DNA from: Macrostomum hystrix
Taxonomy: Eukaryota > Animalia > Platyhelminthes
DNA length: 64,000 nt
NCBI GenBank assembly: GCA_950097015.1
Contig: CATNEN010000024.1
Span: forward strand, 4,340,001 to 4,404,000
Direction of reading: 5' to 3'
Shown: positions 52,649-64,000 of the stretch, piece by piece
Layout of the letters: each line of letters begins with the position of its first letter
Numbering within the stretch: position 1 is the first letter of the stretch
The notes under the pieces: model-generated
Database searches by the model: none
What the model was told of the DNA's origin: nothing
What the model saw: only the letters and a program-made list of their open reading frames with translations
Made by a program: the position numbers and the translations under genes

Positions 52649-54368
52649 GCTCTCAATTTTGTTACTAATTTAGTAGAATTTAATATTGAGCTGAAAGGAA
52701 ATTATGATTTCGACAATTTGCTTTTTGTGTTTCTATTGTGTCCTTGTTGTTGCTTGCTTGGAGCATCGAAATTGTGGTCCGCGTTCTTACAAACTTAAAA
52801 AGTGATGTTTTGGGTGATACATTGTTTTATGCATTTTAAAGGGACTTCATATCATTAATTTTATTAAAATATAACAATTAAAAGCTTGCCACTATTCTGA
52901 TCTATATATTAAGCATCAACATATATATATCGCTTTAAAGTTTGTTTTATGTGATTTGCGTTATCCCTTGATTCCGCTAGAAATTGTCAATTTGAAAGAG
53001 AAAAGCGCGATAACGCAAATTATTTAATCGAAAAATATGCCAAATGTTTTGTTTAGGAAAATAGTGAGAATAAATTTTAAAAAAAACTAAATACATCAAT
53101 TTCTTTTTAGAGCATCCTAACATTTTTGTTCCTAAGAACATAATTAGCTCTTGGATTAAGCCTACTCCCGTAAACACTTTCTCATAACCAGTTTGGCGTA
53201 AGTTACACATTGTGTATCCAATGCCGTATAAATTATATAATTCGAAATTCGAAACGATCACTTCCTCTTTTTTGTACACTTCATAAGAAGATCATTAAAA
53301 AATACCAAATACCAATATTTTGCAAGTGGGATTGCTCTTGTGAGAGTTGCCCGCCATTGCATGAAACTCACTTAATAATATATTCATTCGGTCTATTGAA
53401 GTATGTTTTGCAATCTAACACATTAAAATCAAATAAAATCTATGTTAACCTAAAAGCCGACAATGTAACAGCAAAACGGAATACGTCATAAACTCTTAAT
53501 TCGTGTATATTAAGAGTTTACTATAGTTTACTTTAATTGATTTAACATGAACTGTGCCCATGGAAAGTGGAATCAATTTAATTTTACTAAAAATCCTATA
53601 TACTACCATCAACGTGAAGATCGAGAATTTAATTCCTGAGGCGCTGGACAATTATCAGAATTTTGTGAATTCGTGCTCCCCATCCTATAACATCCAAACT
53701 AAATGCATATCCCAAGTCCCAAACTACTAATAGTGGTCCTTGGCTTAATGCTTGGTTTTTGCCTAAACACTTTTAGGTCAAGCGGGACTCCCAATTGACG
53801 TAAACGGAATAGTAAAAATGCATTACCTATCTCTGTCTCACCTTTAGTTGGCCTTTGGTAAAAAACTGGCCGCTAAAGAACGCATCTGACGAACTTCGAG
53901 TGCGCGCCCAGCCAACGCCGATAGCATCTATACACCTGTACAATGTGCTCACCGTGGGTCATAAAATATATTTTTTCTAAACCTTATTTGCCAGAGAGTA
54001 ACTGTGAGCGCATTAATTAGTGCCATCAGTTTTCTTTAGAGAAGCTTCTCTATTGTCTCGGGCTGTCTGGCACCTGCTCGCGTATGTCTGCCAGCCTCTC
54101 GAAAAAAAGCTTTATCACACAGAGAGAAGCTTCTAGCCAAGCTTCTAGTCCGTAATTTCTCTTGAACCCGTTAAATTGCTCATTAGGACGCCTACTTGTT
54201 ATTGCCCAACATTAAATTAGGCTATTTACGACAAGAAGAGAAAAATATAGGGAGACAGACCAAAGGGCCGATTCAAAGGCTGAAATAAACTCCAGGGCCC
54301 AGCTGTGCAGAGCTCGCATCAGCATCATCATTTGAAGCCCTGTCGCGAACTCGCCACCAGCCCTGCAC

Positions 54369-63979
<9,611 letters not shown>

Positions 63980-64000
63980 GTAAGTGATCAACATATAAAA

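Overview
Eukaryotic (metazoan) genomic DNA with intron-containing genes. The GC-rich, Ala/Gly-rich exons and minisatellite-filled introns resemble the flatworm Macrostomum, but that assignment is inference only. I could reconstruct nine spliced protein-coding genes: neutral ceramidase (+, 5' end outside the window), a SABATH-type carboxyl methyltransferase nested antisense in a ceramidase intron, TTLL5 (-), an SLC43-family transporter (+), an ADAM metalloprotease (+), Rab11 (+), an MLX-like bHLH-ZIP factor (+), SLC25A44 (-) and a DYRK4/DYRK2-type kinase (+, runs off the right end). Mobile DNA comprises two tRNA-derived SINE families (about 9 and about 8 copies or fragments), a solo LTR with a 4-bp TSD, a decayed IS630/Tc1-mariner transposase, a LINE 3' fragment and two TIR-bearing non-autonomous elements. 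More than 20 unrelated minisatellite arrays cover roughly a quarter of the window (hand estimate about 15.7 kb). The most striking observation is ceramidase intron 1721-2096. It consists entirely of one antisense SINE flanked by a 13-bp target-site duplication (CCAGGTAAGCAGA / CCAGGCAAGCAGA) that supplies both splice sites, making it a candidate SINE-generated, introner-like intron gain. Three of about 44 modelled introns appear to use a GC donor (G|GCAAGT). All exon boundaries were inferred by hand from frame continuity and family motifs, without transcript data.
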